From assembly GCA_000934665.2 (NCBI GenBank), contig JYFJ02002394.1, forward strand, positions 1-57,654: a stretch of 57,654 nt of DNA, given 5' to 3'. Made by a program: the position numbers and the translations under genes. This document shows, in pieces, positions 37,997-52,524 of this stretch. Position 1 is the stretch's first letter, and each line of letters opens with the position of its first letter. Below the pieces are notes generated by a model, which saw only the letters and a program-made list of their open reading frames with translations, was not told the origin of the DNA and made no database searches. The stretch comes from Catajapyx aquilonaris. Lineage: Eukaryota.

Positions 37997-40900
37997 GAAT
38001 AAAATGATGCACCGAGGCAGCCACTAAAATGCATTTCAGTGCATAATATTTATTTTTTTTTGCACGAAAATTGCTGAATTTTTGTGATTGGTTCAAATTG
38101 CCAAATAAATGAATGATATAAGACAAGATCCGGAAGGGTTTGGGTACTTCTATCTCAGTCGATGACTCAAGTGTGTGGAATGTGTGTACCACCCATTAGA
38201 ATCAGGTCAGTGCAGGTCCGCGGGATTCATTTGCTCCAGGTGACCATTAGCTAGTCCCCGCCCTTTCCCAAGTTTCATTTGATTGCTACATGAGAAGTAA
38301 ACAATTCCAGGGTCGTTAACCTGTGCAAACTATGCGTCTTGCCAAGCATTTAGGGTAATACCAGACCTCAACATTTCGAGGAGGTAAAAATCTTATATAA
38401 TATAAATTTTGAAATCACAGCCCACAATTTTTTTTATTCATAAAAATGGGCATCCTTTTTTAGTCATGTGCGTGATATTTAATGGCAGGTTATTCTCACG
38501 AATTTCCGGCGCATCAGTATGACGCAATAATTATCCGGCCCAATAGTTGCTTCTATTATCTGTCATATAGGAACCAAGCAACCAGTTCAGTCGCTTTTTA
38601 TTACATTGCGTTCTCATTCAAGAAATTATTTTTTTTCTCCCCCCCCCCCCCCCATCCTCATTGGTAGTCAATGAAAATCCGGCCCTTTTTTTTCCTTCTG
38701 GCTGGAGGGAAAAAGCCAAGGCAACTAAGTAAGCTGCTAATCTTCCGAATTTTTGTCTTAAAAGATGGGCATATTATTGGGCCCAACCTAATCTAGGGGG
38801 CCTGGAGTAGCAAGGGGGCTCCCCAAATCGAATTTTGCGCGCAAGATTTGAGCGAGAGAATCGATTTGCTAAGGTTCTCCTCGGCAAATCCCGCTTCTAA
38901 GGAATTAAGCCTACTAATTAATTATCCTCGAAAAGACGGGGAGACTGCAGGAGTTTCTTACTTCAAAAAATACCTTCCTTTTGTAACATCTTAAGAGAAA
39001 ACAAGAAAAGGCGGCCAATCACACGCTCGTAAATTTTGCAGCTTTTTTTCTCTCGTTTTCCTTTCTTGAATTTCACCGGTGCATGGCAGCGCAGGTTTTT
39101 TAAAATCAAGATGCTGGCAAGTTCAGGGGTGACTTGCGATGGAAGTGCGAGATGCTATCAGGTCCGATTCAATATGCGCGGCACGAAACACTGTCATGTG
39201 ATATAAACACACATGACAAACAGTAATGGCTCGTTGTGGAAAGGATTCATGCAAATTCGACATAATTTTAAAACCATAGGAAAAATACTAATTGGCCTTT
39301 AAAAAAAGCGCGATTTTCACACACCAATGGAACTGAAGCCCTGAGGTCAATGCTGCCCTCTGGAGTGAGTGGGACAAAAAAAAATGGCTTCCGAAAGGAG
39401 TCGGTGGAAAAGAAAGGGTTATTCACAGGTGGAAGAGCCGTACCCGGCGGCTCCTAATGACAGAAGATAATGCCCAGTGTCCATCAAGGAAGCTGACCTT
39501 TGACGTCGCAAATGGAGCTAATGGCGGGCTGTCACTTGTGGGACAGACGGGCAGGGCAATGGTCACGGGATGGGGTCTAGCCCCGAAGGGAAATTCTTAC
39601 CAAATATACATAACATACGTGGGTATGTGGAGTGCATTGCGGCCATGCCCACCATTTTTCCATACTAAGAATAATGATATGGGTTTTATAATTGCAGTCA
39701 GTGTTTTGCTGCTTGATCCTAGCATAATTAATGGATGCTGCAGCCCACATGTTGCATTCATCGCCGCGGGTGAGAGGTCAGCCGTTACACTCTTCAGGCA
39801 CGTTAATCATACATACCTGGGGGTTTGAAAAAAAATAATGACAAGGTGGCCTATTTCGGGAGATTTGTGGCGATGGGCTACCTGAAATGTTTCATTATCG
39901 TAAATTACGCAAGGTACCGTATCAGTACAGTCGTAAATCAACGCAATTTGACCATCATTAGCTGCGAAATGGCTCTGTGCGATCAGAAACGCCATTAGTT
40001 ACATTTTAGCCAAATAGAATTTGACTATTAGTGTGTTCCATATCAAACAAACATGTGCACCAATAATTTGAATGGAAAGTTTTGAGTGTACATAGATGCC
40101 CTATGTACACTCGTAGGTTAACAATTATTAATTAACCCTCCCGTAGAACCCGATTGGCGAGGGAAGAGCAGGAGGGTGGAGGAGAGGGTAGAGAGGGGGG
40201 TTGCTTCATTAGCTGAGAAGGAAATTACTAGGGAGATTGAGGGTGGGGGGAGAGACACACAACCACACCTGGACCAAAGCCATGCACGAGATGCTCCGGA
40301 GAAATTAAAGGATAACCAGGACCGGATTGTTAGCTGGCTTTGTACACCCTAATCGTGCACATCACGAATGAAAGAGCCCGCTTATTGTGTTCCAAAATGA
40401 GTTCTGCGCATTCATGGCCGCCATTTTTATGTTCAGCACCCGTGCTGTCCGGTTAGAAAATGAAGATGAGTTGTGCTTGTTAATAACGAACTAATTAGAG
40501 CTTTCTCTGTAGTCATCCAAAGGTTGTTTTTTTTGTGTTCGGTGTCTCCATAAAGACTGTTCCGTTACTGGTCAACGCAAGGGGCAATGCAAAAAAAAGT
40601 TTTGCATGTGAGCTTCGGCGCCATTTTTCCCATGTCCACTTATGTCATTTTGATTTCATGATAACCTTAATCTTGTAGGGTCGGCCGAACTAAATGTCTG
40701 TTGAACCCTGTGGGAACTGCCCCGCCCTGCTCCTCGACCATACAGTCACAGGTCACCACACCTTGTAGCGTGCACAAGTCACAGTGTCCAAACCATTCTT
40801 CCCACGACCCAAACATGTACAGAATAGTCACGAAGCTACTGATGAAACATTTCAATTGAAAAGCAACTAGGGTTCTCCGAAAATTAATGAGTAGCGGGCA

Positions 40901-43900
40901 ATGACTGGCATTCCGAGGCTGGAGTGACCCGTGACCAAAGTGCGCTTTTGAGAAAGGATGAGGGGAGGCCTTCTTCTTCTTCAACATCCCCAACAACTTC
41001 CCCGGCAAAGATGGCTGCAGAGATTTTCCGCCGTTCATTTTGCCGTCTTTTTGCGGCTTCCCAAGGGCCGTCCTTGACAAAGAAGGTGCAGTGGATCTTG
41101 TGGTGCACTTAATTACATTTCTTTTCAAGTGGTCTGCCAGGTGATTAATGGGGCCCAAGGGGAGAAGAAGAAGAAGAAGAAGTTGCCGGGGAAGCTTCCA
41201 CAATGGGACACTCTTAACAATGGCGTGGCTTTACCGATCCCCCGCACCGATTGGGGCATTATTGCCAGTGCAAAAAAAGCAATTGTTCCACATTGCATAG
41301 ATTTGTGCGTCTAATGATAATTTTTTCGTGGGTATATGTCCCTTTTTAGTCTGTTTTTCTTGCATGCCTAAGCTCGTTCTGCTTCGTTAACTTTGGAGGA
41401 GTGTCGTGGGACTGGCCTCCTTGTCATTGCTACACGCCCAGCGTCTTCGGCTCGGAAGTCATTGTTCATTGTTTTTGCTGGACTTTTACTCCTTTTTTTG
41501 CCCCCATGTCGGCCATGTTGGTATAGATTGCTTGGCCTTGCGATCGACCGGAATTTTTCTAATTAAACTTGTTGCAATTAGTTACACTCCAAGAGGCAAA
41601 ATATGAGGTTTGACAAGAAGCACATGTTGTGACGGAGGAATGCGTGAAACCTACCTTTTTTCAACTCAAAGGTTGCCGTCACATTGTATCCTTCTTATTT
41701 ATGATCAAAGAATGGAATGAGTGACGTCTGGGTGACCCTGTACCGTGAACCCCAGGTACAGCAAAACAAACTGGAAACGGTAGCCTCAAACCGGCGCTAC
41801 CTAACATATACACCATTTTTTATATTCAAAACCATCATCTAACCGCATATGTCTCCTGCTGAGCCGCAGCGCAGAAGCAGCCATATTTTAATTGTGACGA
41901 ACAATCACTTATGCGGAAACATATGACTGGTCAAGAATGACGACGTTATCAAAAGTAATTGCAGGCTGCTGTGGGAAGGAGTGCGAATGTGTGTGGATAA
42001 TCTTGAGATAAGGCTGGATTGTCCGAGTGCTTTCGGCGTGGATCAAATAGCTACCTTCGGTGGCCCTTGACCTGGACATTCAGGAGCGGGAGTGGCAGTG
42101 TGACAGGTTGACAGCAGGAGAGGAGCTTCTCTTTCGAGTGATGGAACGGACTGTGAGAGAAGAACTGCAGAGGACAAGACGGATGGTTTGCCTTTGTCGC
42201 TGCAGACTATTTGTCATACAGACATTTTTAAATGTCCAAATCGATCCCGATCGGACCTTTCAAAGTGGGTCAATCATGTATTATTGGCTGTTCCCACGAT
42301 CAGAAACAATACGGACGTAAATTTGACCGCCTTTCCTAATTACTCATCCGTGTCTTCGGCGCAAAAACGGTCACACGCTGCAGCAGGTTGGTGTGAAATG
42401 GACGATTTTCTTAGCATGACGAACGCCTCCGGTGGTCCATGGTGATGCTGACGAATGAGGGGTGGACAACAACTTGACGGCCTCCCCATTCTGACGTCCA
42501 GGACACAGCTTCATTTTTTTCCCCTTCGAAGCGACTAAGGTACCACCAAAGTCCTCTTGAGCTGAGAAACAAACAATTGATGGATGAGCCTTTACCAACA
42601 GCTACCGGAGACATAAGATGGACGATGATGAACGAGTTTTGGTGTTGACCTACTGGAGAAAATCTGCAAGAAAAAAAATCGCGGTTCATTGTCCGTTTGT
42701 TGAGGCTGGATAAAAGATGAAGGGGGCACGTGATGGGGTCCCGTCCACGCCTTTTCGTACAAAGTACTACAGCCTATGATTATGTAAAGCAGCTCTTCAG
42801 AAGGCCAATAAAGTGGATGGGGGCCTGCCATATTTTTTTAGTGGTCCCAAGCCCAAAACTGTCCCGTGTGGATTGTGGCCACATTATATGAACTCACCCC
42901 ACAGCATTTTTTTTTCTCCATACACACATCAACAGATTTTAAGCAAAACATTAACCCGTGCGTTTGACCTGGGCGCCATATTTGTAGGCCGGAATTGCCG
43001 AACATGTTGGGATGTGCCATTCTTTCTCGTGTTTCCCTTGTAATCAGGCTTCTTTGAAATCTGTCCCCTCTTCCCCACAAAGCTTGATCCAGGCGACAAA
43101 GGCGACCCCTCCACCCGCCCCCCTTTGACGCCCGGGACAAAAGCGGTGCTTCCAGGATCAAATTGCAGGCACAGGGATATTCACTGGCTGGATCCCCGCC
43201 CCAAAAACTAGGGTAAAACGTGGGACTCTTGAATTTTTATATGGTGGAAATCAGCTGTCAGTCAGCGTCGTGGTCCAATTTGGCCGTAAGGCCAATGATG
43301 GCCAATGGAGGAAATTGGCTCCCGTGATTGGAACAAGGAAGGACGCGTGCGGAAATGGCATATCTCAGCAGGGACACGCCCTCTCATCAAACGCCCTAAA
43401 ACGACATTCCCTCTGGATTTATTCCTAATCGGCAAATTAGCGCTCTCAAGAGGTGTCGCGACATCAGAGATTTGCGCAGAAAACAAAGGATCGAACATTG
43501 TTTTCACAGGAGTCAACGCAGCAGTCCAACTGGATTAGCCAGTCCTATTCATCAGTCACAGCCTCTGGCCATGGAAAGAAAAGGGAAAACAATTTGTCAA
43601 TCCTTTCGTATTATACTTGTATGGGAAGGATATGATGGGAATGGACTCCATATACGCCTTAATTTATTGCGCAAATGAATATGACAACTGTGGATATTTC
43701 GATGTCATTTTTACAGGAGAGCTTCTCTGGTGACTATAATATCGCAGCAGCATCTTCCATTGGATGCATAATTAAAGTTGATGAACTCGTCTGCTTGAGG
43801 CGACCATCTGGCAGACTGCATGCTCTTTTCTCTCCCCTGGGGGACCCCACCCTGTAGACCGGGGGCTTCTGGCCTTTCCGGGCGTAGCACAGAAGCCGGC

Positions 43901-46469
43901 CTTTACACCAGCCTCTAATTATCCCAGCTTCGTGGCTACTTCCATCAAATTGCCCTTCTTCTGCTTCAATTCCCCCCCCCCCCTACCATCAGCCTCCCTA
44001 CATGCCTACCAGAAACAAGCAGAACCCGGAGGGTCCGGTTCCCGGAGGCCAGGTCACGACTGCCCCCAGATTCCAACCTGAGGGCCTCCAAAAAAAAATA
44101 TTAAGAAAAGGGAGGGGAAAAAATAGCTGTTGTTTTCAGCGTTGGCTTTTATCGCTCGCCAAATTCCTGATAGCCTTTAGTAATTGTGGGGCATTTTTGC
44201 GGCAATTAATTTCATTCCTTCTCAGCTTCCAATCTTCCCATCAAAATCCGGCTCATCATCTCCTAATTTACAATATGAGTAAAGCACACCTTTTGTCCTC
44301 CATTTCTCAGGAATTTCGGGCCCAGCCCATATTTTTTGTCGGAGTAAATTTTGCAGGAATTTGCTCTAAAATTACATTGCAAATTATAGTGCTGGTGCTC
44401 TGTTCCACCTATGAAGTCCAGTGTTCGATTCCCGGTTCGGATGTGGCATTATTAATTTGTGATATGCAAATAGAATTTTGCACACCTTTAGAGTCTGGTC
44501 GCATATTTTAGTAAGCATATAAGTATGCATAATTTCAGTATCTGGGAGCGGTTACCCTGAGGTGGCGAGGCTCCTTCGAGGCAAACCAGTAGTGAGGGGG
44601 TGTGTCTGGAGGCTCCAAGAAGAGCAAATGGCTCAAAACAGGAGCCCCGAGACCAGATTTTTATCCCCCCCCCCCNCCCCACCTTCCCCCTATATCTTTC
44701 TGAGCTTGTATAGCGGCTAGAATCAAGAAGGCTTCATGGAGAAACAATCAAGGGGGATGATCCTGGCATGCTCGGCATGGACTTGCAGGTGGGCCTATGG
44801 AAACAGGAGGGATGGTGGTGGTGAGGACTGGTAGTTGGTCACGAACAGCTACCGTTCAAGGGCTTCTTCCAACATCAACAGCTTCTGGAAGCTACTCTTT
44901 TTACCCTCAAAGTGGCCTGAGAGAAAGGTTCCTCAGCTTCTGAATTTTTGGTACCGAACATGTTGGGCTAAAACTGAATTTAAGCCCTCCCAAAATGGGG
45001 GTGTCAACACCATGCTCAGTAACAGCTTGTGGTCATGATGAAATGCAAATGTGATGAAGATTATGTAGTGACATTGTACCTTTGTGGTGCCCCACTCTAA
45101 ATGGGACGTCTGGGATCAATGAATAATTAATTATGTTAAGCAGCTTAATTACAAAACAAGAGCTCGAATGTGAGATTTACTAGCAGCTTTAAATTTTTGG
45201 GGGACGCGGATGACGGCAGCACCGTGCCATTGGGGGGGGGGGGGGGTGATGTACCACCGCCTTTTTATCACTTTTGTTCTACCCTTGCAGCCAAGCGCAT
45301 AAAGGGTAGGAATTAGGCAAAGGTGTACCCAACAGCAATTAATTCTTCTGTCACGCATCGTTTTCTGCTGTGGGACTTTTTGCAATGTCGTTCTCCCACC
45401 AAGGTTCAGTCTTTCCACATTTTGCTATAGGTGCCGGGGTATATAATTATCGGTTTATGAACGCTTGTTTTTCTTACACCTGAGACTTGGGTGAGCTTTA
45501 TGAGATAGTGACTAATGATTTGAAATATCGATAAATCTTGTTGGCATATGTGCATGTGTGATTGGGAATCGAATGATGAAAACGTACACTTTCCCACCGC
45601 AAGAGAAAGAGAAAGGCAAAATGTATAGCGATAAGAACTTAACTATTTTTTGAGTTTGTAACACTTCCCTGCTCATTTTCTCATCGTTTTACGACCTTCC
45701 CTTTTGTGTCCTTGTCATGCTATAATCTTTTATCCGCGACTAAAGAACGAAACGAGCGCATTTATTTAACAGCTGTAGGACAGCAGTAATTAAATTCTTA
45801 ACAATCCCGGCTATCAATGTTACGTCTAGCATTTTTACACCTTGAATTACTACCCGATCAAAATAAAGGCTGACGTGAGTTGGAAAAAAAAATCGGATCA
45901 TGTGCTGCGTGATACAGTAGCAGCCTTGCATTAGCAAATGCCAAGAAATTGCCGTATTATTATCCTGCCCATGACAATACGCAGGTATGTCAGCATGCCC
46001 TTCCAATTTTCAAACCACCAATCCCCCTGCCAAAACACATAACGCATGCAAATCGCGATCCAAGTCTCGATTATAATCACTATACTTGTTGGCAAGTAGA
46101 TATATCTAGACAATGTGTAACGAGTGAAGAAAAGAAAAAAAAAAAGCAACAAAAGAAACGTATATAAGAAGTGTTGCGAAGCAGCAAGGTGAATGTGGGA
46201 GCATTTGGAAGACGCCTCTTTCTAATTCCCTAATTACCACCCTGGGTTATTAGCATGGGGGGGTAAGATTGGGTCGAAACCCGCCATTAAGCCAACGACG
46301 GCTACTGGGAAATGAGGGGCCGGATTTTGAACTGAGACGAAGGCTTGTGTGGCATGTTAATGAAGCCTTAAGTCAAGGATGTGGGAAGAGGGGCTTGGTG
46401 TGGGCATTCTTTCACCTACGGGTCAGGACTTTTTAACACGCTACCTGTTTTTGTCTGATCTTTTTCCAG

Positions 46470-46588
46470 GGCGAAGTCCAAGAATGGCGGCCGATTATTG
46501 CGGGAGAAGCTGGAGAAAATCGGGCTCAATCTCCCTGCCGGAAGGAGAAAGGCTGCCAATGTCACGTTGCTCACCTCTCTTGTGGAAG
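46470..46588 (+). CDS. TfAP-2: AP-2 exon, basic region ([40 protein letters not shown])
   Basis: Translated by hand because this frame is absent from the ORF track; it is canonical AP-2 sequence. Acceptor tctttttccag| and donor G|GTAAGT; 119 nt, phase 2/1. Confidence 0.98.
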
Positions 46589-49500
46589 GTAAGTTAATAC
46601 ACATTAAAATATAGCCTATTGGAATATTGGGCATGTTTGATTGGCTGCCGGCAGCCGTCGCAACGCACCTCCAAACATGGCGTCGCGCGCAGCCTACCCC
46701 CCTGTGATTTCGGCCAATTAATCCGGTATAGAGTGGCCGAAGGGCATGGAAATTGAATATCCGCCTGGCTGACTGGCAGAGTGAGCCATGCTGAATACAT
46801 GTGCAAGAAACAGGCAGACATGTGAGATGTTCCCTACTTGCTTCTCCCGGCCTCTTCGGGATCTCGGTTGTCACTTAACGTCTGCGTAGCCTCTGGCTGT
46901 GCTTCAGAAGGGTGGCTGTCACTTGCCCGACGCCTCTCCCCTTCGCTAAAATTCATTACTGGATGGGAATTGAATAAAACGCGGGAAAGGCCCTTCCATG
47001 TGCTTGATTAGTTGGGGAATTTTCTGCCTGATGCTACACTTCCAAATCGATGCGATGATGGGGCCTATGGCGACATGGAGAAAAAATATGCGATGAGATA
47101 TCACATGGATTCGACGGAAAGGTCCTCAAAATCACCCTTCACGCGGTTTCTCACCGATTTTTCCATTTCCTCTCAATTTTTTGCTATCCTTCAAATCGTC
47201 CCTTGGCCATTATGCAGACGAGGGTCATTTCCCCAGAAATGCTGTGGCAAAAGAAGAACTGAGAGGAGGGGTGCAGAGGGCCAAATAATATTAGGCCGAG
47301 TCGGATCTAAATGCATTTTATATTCCAAGTAGCAATTTAAACTTGGGGGGAAACATGCCATGGCTGATTGCCCCTTCTGATTTTCACTTCCAAAGGAGGG
47401 TGACAGCGTTATTATTATTTTTTCCGCCAACTTTTGAGAGCTGTAAGAGAAGCATTGGCTAATTTACCTGGACGCTGATGAATGGGCTTGGTGTAATGCT
47501 TCTAATTTTTTTGTGAGGGTGTGAACGCGTTTCTTGGGGGCCAAGGATCCCCATACTCTTAAGGGTTGCCGATCTGTAGATAAATCTGCCCCCGAGAAGA
47601 GCATACATAACTCGTGTTGCCTAGGCAGATCCGTTTCAACACCGGGCACACCAAAAACTCATTTTCCGTAGCACGTTTGCCATCAGCGGTTTTCCTTTAA
47701 TTTTTTTTTTGTTGGAGCCTCGTCACAATATCCGTTGTCTTATGGGGCTCGTCGGGTGTAATCACATGGTACGAACGTGCGTCAACTGTGTTTTCCAGCC
47801 ATAAAAACACAGCGAATGTTCCCTGTAAATCCCAACATCGATCTGGATGTAATAACAAGCTTAGGGGACTAATAGCAGAGATTAGCCATCTCTTTGCAAC
47901 GCATTTAAAATCCCATTTCATTAAAATTGTAATTACAACTTGTTATTTACATGTGGAAAAAAAGCCGATGCTGAGATAAATGTTGTTTCATCGTGTGTAT
48001 TCAAACGCGTTTAATTATAGTGATTTTTCTGTGTTTGTATTTTCGATTCGGTCGGACTGTATTTTAAAAGCTGCAATTGGTCCGATAAACGGAAAAGGAA
48101 CTATTAATTCGTGGGATCGGCTTAGTTTACGACGAAGCCGACGTAAGTGCTACGTTTTAGCGATACATTAGCGGGTACGTACTCTCATTAGATGTTGCAC
48201 GGCGGATAACAACAGTTAGGGCCCTAGAGGGGATAGACCTGATTGCTCCGGCATTTAATTGGTTTTCCATACTGGCAATGGGAGTGACGCAACGGCCAGT
48301 TCAAGGTGGGGCAAGTGCAGCATACCCCCCCTGCAAAAACCCGAAAGTGCCTGCAGCATGTTGGTTAGTACGGATGCGAGATAGGGGCTGCTGTCTGCTG
48401 CCTGTCGCGTGGGGGAAAAGAGCCATTACTGGGGTGACAGCCTGTTATTTCCATTGGTTCTTGACCACTGCAGGTCCATGATCTCGACTCACTTGTCCAC
48501 ATTTTCTACCTGCATTGCATGCCAAGTGGCGGAGCAATACATGCAGCGCCACGTGACATTTTCGGAGAGTCTGCAAAATTCAAGTTCATATAGCCTATTG
48601 GACACATTTTATGGAACTAGGTGTCCAACTGAACAGGTTTTACTGTAGGTATAAAGACACAAATAAACTGGCTGGCCGTGCAATAAACTGGTCGTTGAAA
48701 TATTTGTCATTCCAACAATCAAAAAATTGCGACTTGTAATCAATTGTCTATAGACTCCGATGTATTATTCGGATAAAAAGATGAACAGATTTAAGTACCA
48801 TTGAGCAAACATGTCCTGGAAGTAATCCGAGTAGAACTACTACACAAGTCCAGCCGAGCTTTAGAAACAAGCAGATAAAGAAGCGGATGGATTTTATTGT
48901 CGTCGTTCACATGGTTGAGTAATGAGGACGTAAATTATTTCACACTTGGTGCCTCTTCATTTAAATGTGAAGCACGTATGAGACTAGAGGTGGAGGAGGT
49001 GGGGGGTTTGACATGGAAGCCCTTTTCTCACGTGCTGTTCATGAAGTCGGCGACGAAGGCTCAGAAAAACATAACATGTACACACAAAAAAAAATATGTT
49101 AAAAGGAAGTGTACGGGTAGTGGCTCCATATCAAACTGCGTGGGAAGTAGGGCAATAGCTTCACGGTTGTAATACTAATGAGATACCGCACTACTTTTCC
49201 AGGGCTGCAGTAAACTTTTTTTTTTTAAAGTAGAAGTTAGGCGTTATTAGTGCGGTTTTCAACTAGTCTGACAGCAGGTCATGAAACGCTTAAGCTTTGA
49301 TGAATAGCAATAATGGTACATCTTTCAATATGTGGCATAAAAAATTAGTTGCCGGACATGCAAAAATGTGTACCGCTGATAATGAGCTGACACAATTTCT
49401 GATAACCTTAATAATTTGCGGAGGAAAAGGTCATTTTATGGAGCATGTTAAATCCGGGGCAATATTTTATAGTATGTAAAATGTGGGAAACGCCTTTTTG

Positions 49501-52500
49501 TGAAGTAAAATTACCAGCAAATGTTTCAATTTTAAAGCAGGAATATTCTACTAATTTTCATGCAAAATGTATAGTTAATAACTCCAGGGAATTGCACGAT
49601 ATTTTGACTTGTTTCCGGCTCAATTTTTGAATTACAAAAAAAAAATGGCTTCCTTATGCCCGAAGCTGAAGATTCATCAGAGGTCAAAAAAATGGCTGGA
49701 AGGCTAGAAAAAAAATGGAAAAAGTGAAACACGTATAACTAATTAACAGGTAGTATAGTTGGGCGTGTTAGGTCAAATTGCGAATCTGGTTTTTCGCCTT
49801 AGGGGCCTCTTTTTGGGGCTACATCCGGTGAAGCTAGCCTGAATCGCCCTTCACCTCTGTATAACTCTTTTACATCTTAACCTGCACGTGATATTCATCC
49901 AAGATGGGCCATCTACTGTAAAAAATGTATTCCGTTTCCGCAACTACTTCTCGCTCGATGGGCCATTTTTTAAGTTGAGTAACGCAGGAATTGGCTTTTT
50001 TTAGTACGCTATAAAAATCAACTGTTTTTCGGCTGAGTTGACAACAATGCTAGATTTAACCCAGATTAGATTTAACGAGCTCCATTTCTTTACAAAAATG
50101 TGAGATCAGCTAAAGGCCATTTCTCCTATTAGAAAACACTTGGCACGATTACGTCAATTAAACTAACTGTGAAATAAATTCAAAAAAATGGGTTGGGTGC
50201 CAAAATCCGCCTACTATGGGTGCACCTATCTGGGTCGTTCATCATACATGTAACCAGCACGTTTCATGTATATTACATGCAATGCGTGGTTTGGAATTAA
50301 ATTTTTTTAAAGCACATTGGGCAGTCATTAGCACGCTTGACTTGCTGGACACGGGAGTGTAACAAGGTCACTTTGTCGTCATTGAGTGAGAGAACCACTC
50401 AAAGTATGCCATCATTCGAATTTCCCACGCCATTTTCTAGATGCAATTGGAAGATAAAACAGGCATTTCCGGCTGAATTTCGCGGAAAAAGTGAACCTCT
50501 GACATAATAATTTCATACACCATAACGTGAATCATTCGCACACAAAAAATACATTTTCTTGGTATACCGGGTGCGTCCGAAGATGATTTGATTGGGTGTC
50601 CCTGATGCAATTTTTTTCGGACATTGATTGGCGATATTTCGTTACCCCTGCGAGCGATGCACAAGACAAAAAGATAGTACCAGGAAGGGAAAAACTGGGT
50701 CCGCTTTCAATTTTTATGCCTCGTTAGGAAGACCTTGAGGGCCTCAACGGGGGTGTAAGGAAGGTCCATGTCTTTTTGATATTAAACTGTTTCCGGTTCG
50801 GAGCCGTGATGCCAATCGGTGTCACGTACAAAATTCGTTAAGTGTGGGAACTGTGCCGATAAGTAGCTTTTACGGCCGCAATCCGGGGGAAATTCCTAGT
50901 TTTTGCTATCAGCTATATCCTGCCAAATAAGATTATCCAGACTCTCCAATAAATAGCAGTTGGTACGGTAGTAACGGCTGTTGGGGGCCTCCTGTGTTAT
51001 TATAATGACATTCAGTGGTGTTAGGAGGACCACGCCTGTGAAGCTTGAAGGTGCGAGGGTGCTCTTTGTCCATGGGCTGCGGGGGTCCTTAATAAGCCAG
51101 CTTGCCCAATAGGGTTCTGCCCCTGGGCGATATGATCCGGCGGCAATTTTGCACCCCATGGTGCCTTTTCCAAAAAAGCGAGGGGTTGCTCAACAATGCC
51201 TGGTTTTTTGGAGGGGTGGAGGTACTCATTTGCTAATTGGGGCTTGTGGCTCACAAGGGGGGCTTGTCCGCATCTTTTTCTGATGTAGTGGTGTCAATCA
51301 GTTGGTTGCCTATTCGTGCATCCAAGTCTCCATATAAGGACGCAATTTTTTAACAATAAAAATATTTAAAAAAAAGGTGGGCTCCAAAAAGTCACATTTC
51401 TTAAAGATTAAAGGCGGTAGACACACCCCCTTACCCACCTGCAAAAGGTTGATGGGAAAGAACCAACCGGTCGTTATTATTACAGGCTACTTATCTGGAC
51501 TTCAATGAAGGGCGTCCCGTAAGCAGTATGGCGTGACCTGTGCCAAGTCATGTGTGAGGTCACGCGAGATGGCGTGGGGCCTGCAGGAGGTTCCAGAGTG
51601 TATGTTCACTTGGAAAAAATTGAGCGTGAAAAAAAATTTTTTCTCGGTTTTTGACAAGTGCTTCCATATAGTGTCAGAGCGATTTTTGCGAGATGCCAAG
51701 CGGATGCGGCGCAATTAAATGAGCATTTTTACTTACATCCGCTCATGCGATTGTTATCTGCTTCTTGAGACACTTGAACATGTTAGGAATTTTATAGTGT
51801 CTCGCTTGTCTCGCTCGTGTAATGGCTCGCCAACAAGTTTTACCTCTGGATGAGCAGGCATTGAAGTCGGTCCCTACAACGAATCGAAGTACTTGTAACA
51901 TGCACACAAAAAAAAGTTGGTAAAATTCTTGTTTCTGGTAAACAGTATTTTTTTTTTATCCGGGCAAGGAGACAAGGGCGTAGCGCTTTAAATTGTCATT
52001 TAAAGTGGAAGTATCGCCTTGGAATGTGAAGTGCTGAAACGACATGGGCGGTTGGAAACAATGGCCTGTTTTTTGGGGTCATTAATAGAGGAATTAAATG
52101 GAATAAATTAATTGGTTGGGAACGAGCCGGTTGCAAAGTTGTCACCACCACGTTCTTTGATTCATCGTTGGCAATGATTAAGAGGACCCCCATACAACCG
52201 ATAATTGGATATTGAGTCGGGAACAATTGCTCCGGATAAAAGGACCTACTGCTTCATAAGGCCCCGGACAATCCTGATAGATGATCGGAGCATATTAGTA
52301 ACGCTTAGAGTCACCTCCACCTGTTCCTTCTGGAGAAGCAGCCAGGTGACGAATGGCCCCGAGGCTAGTAGGAGGACACATCTTCGTCCCACAAGGACAT
52401 GTTGGTCTGTACGCCGCCTAGGACAAACCCGGCTGACCTTAGCTTTGGAAGCTCATAAATCTCTGCTCAAACATGTGCACGTCTCTTATTGCGGTCGTCG

Positions 52501-52524
52501 CTAATATTGGCTTGTCTGTTCCAG

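Noticed and set aside
42060..42320. ORF with coiled-coil-like text (LFRVMERTVREELQR) as a transposon or gene remnant
   Set aside because: No identifiable homology and no convincing splice sites; a database search would be needed.
44385..44440. tRNA or tRNA-derived SINE (GTTCGATTCCCGG box-B-like motif)
   Set aside because: No cloverleaf can be formed, box A is weak, and no tail or TSD is visible. Similar isolated motifs near 17660 and 34010 were also not supportable.
44666..44680. Poly-C runs containing N (also near 53903)
   Set aside because: This is sequencing or assembly ambiguity in homopolymers, not biology.
4744..51130. Locus-wide enrichment of AP-2 sites GCCN3GGC (4744, 12132, 12551, 16474, 22941, 26751)
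   Set aside because: The count is close to the roughly 5 expected by chance. Only the promoter cluster was kept.
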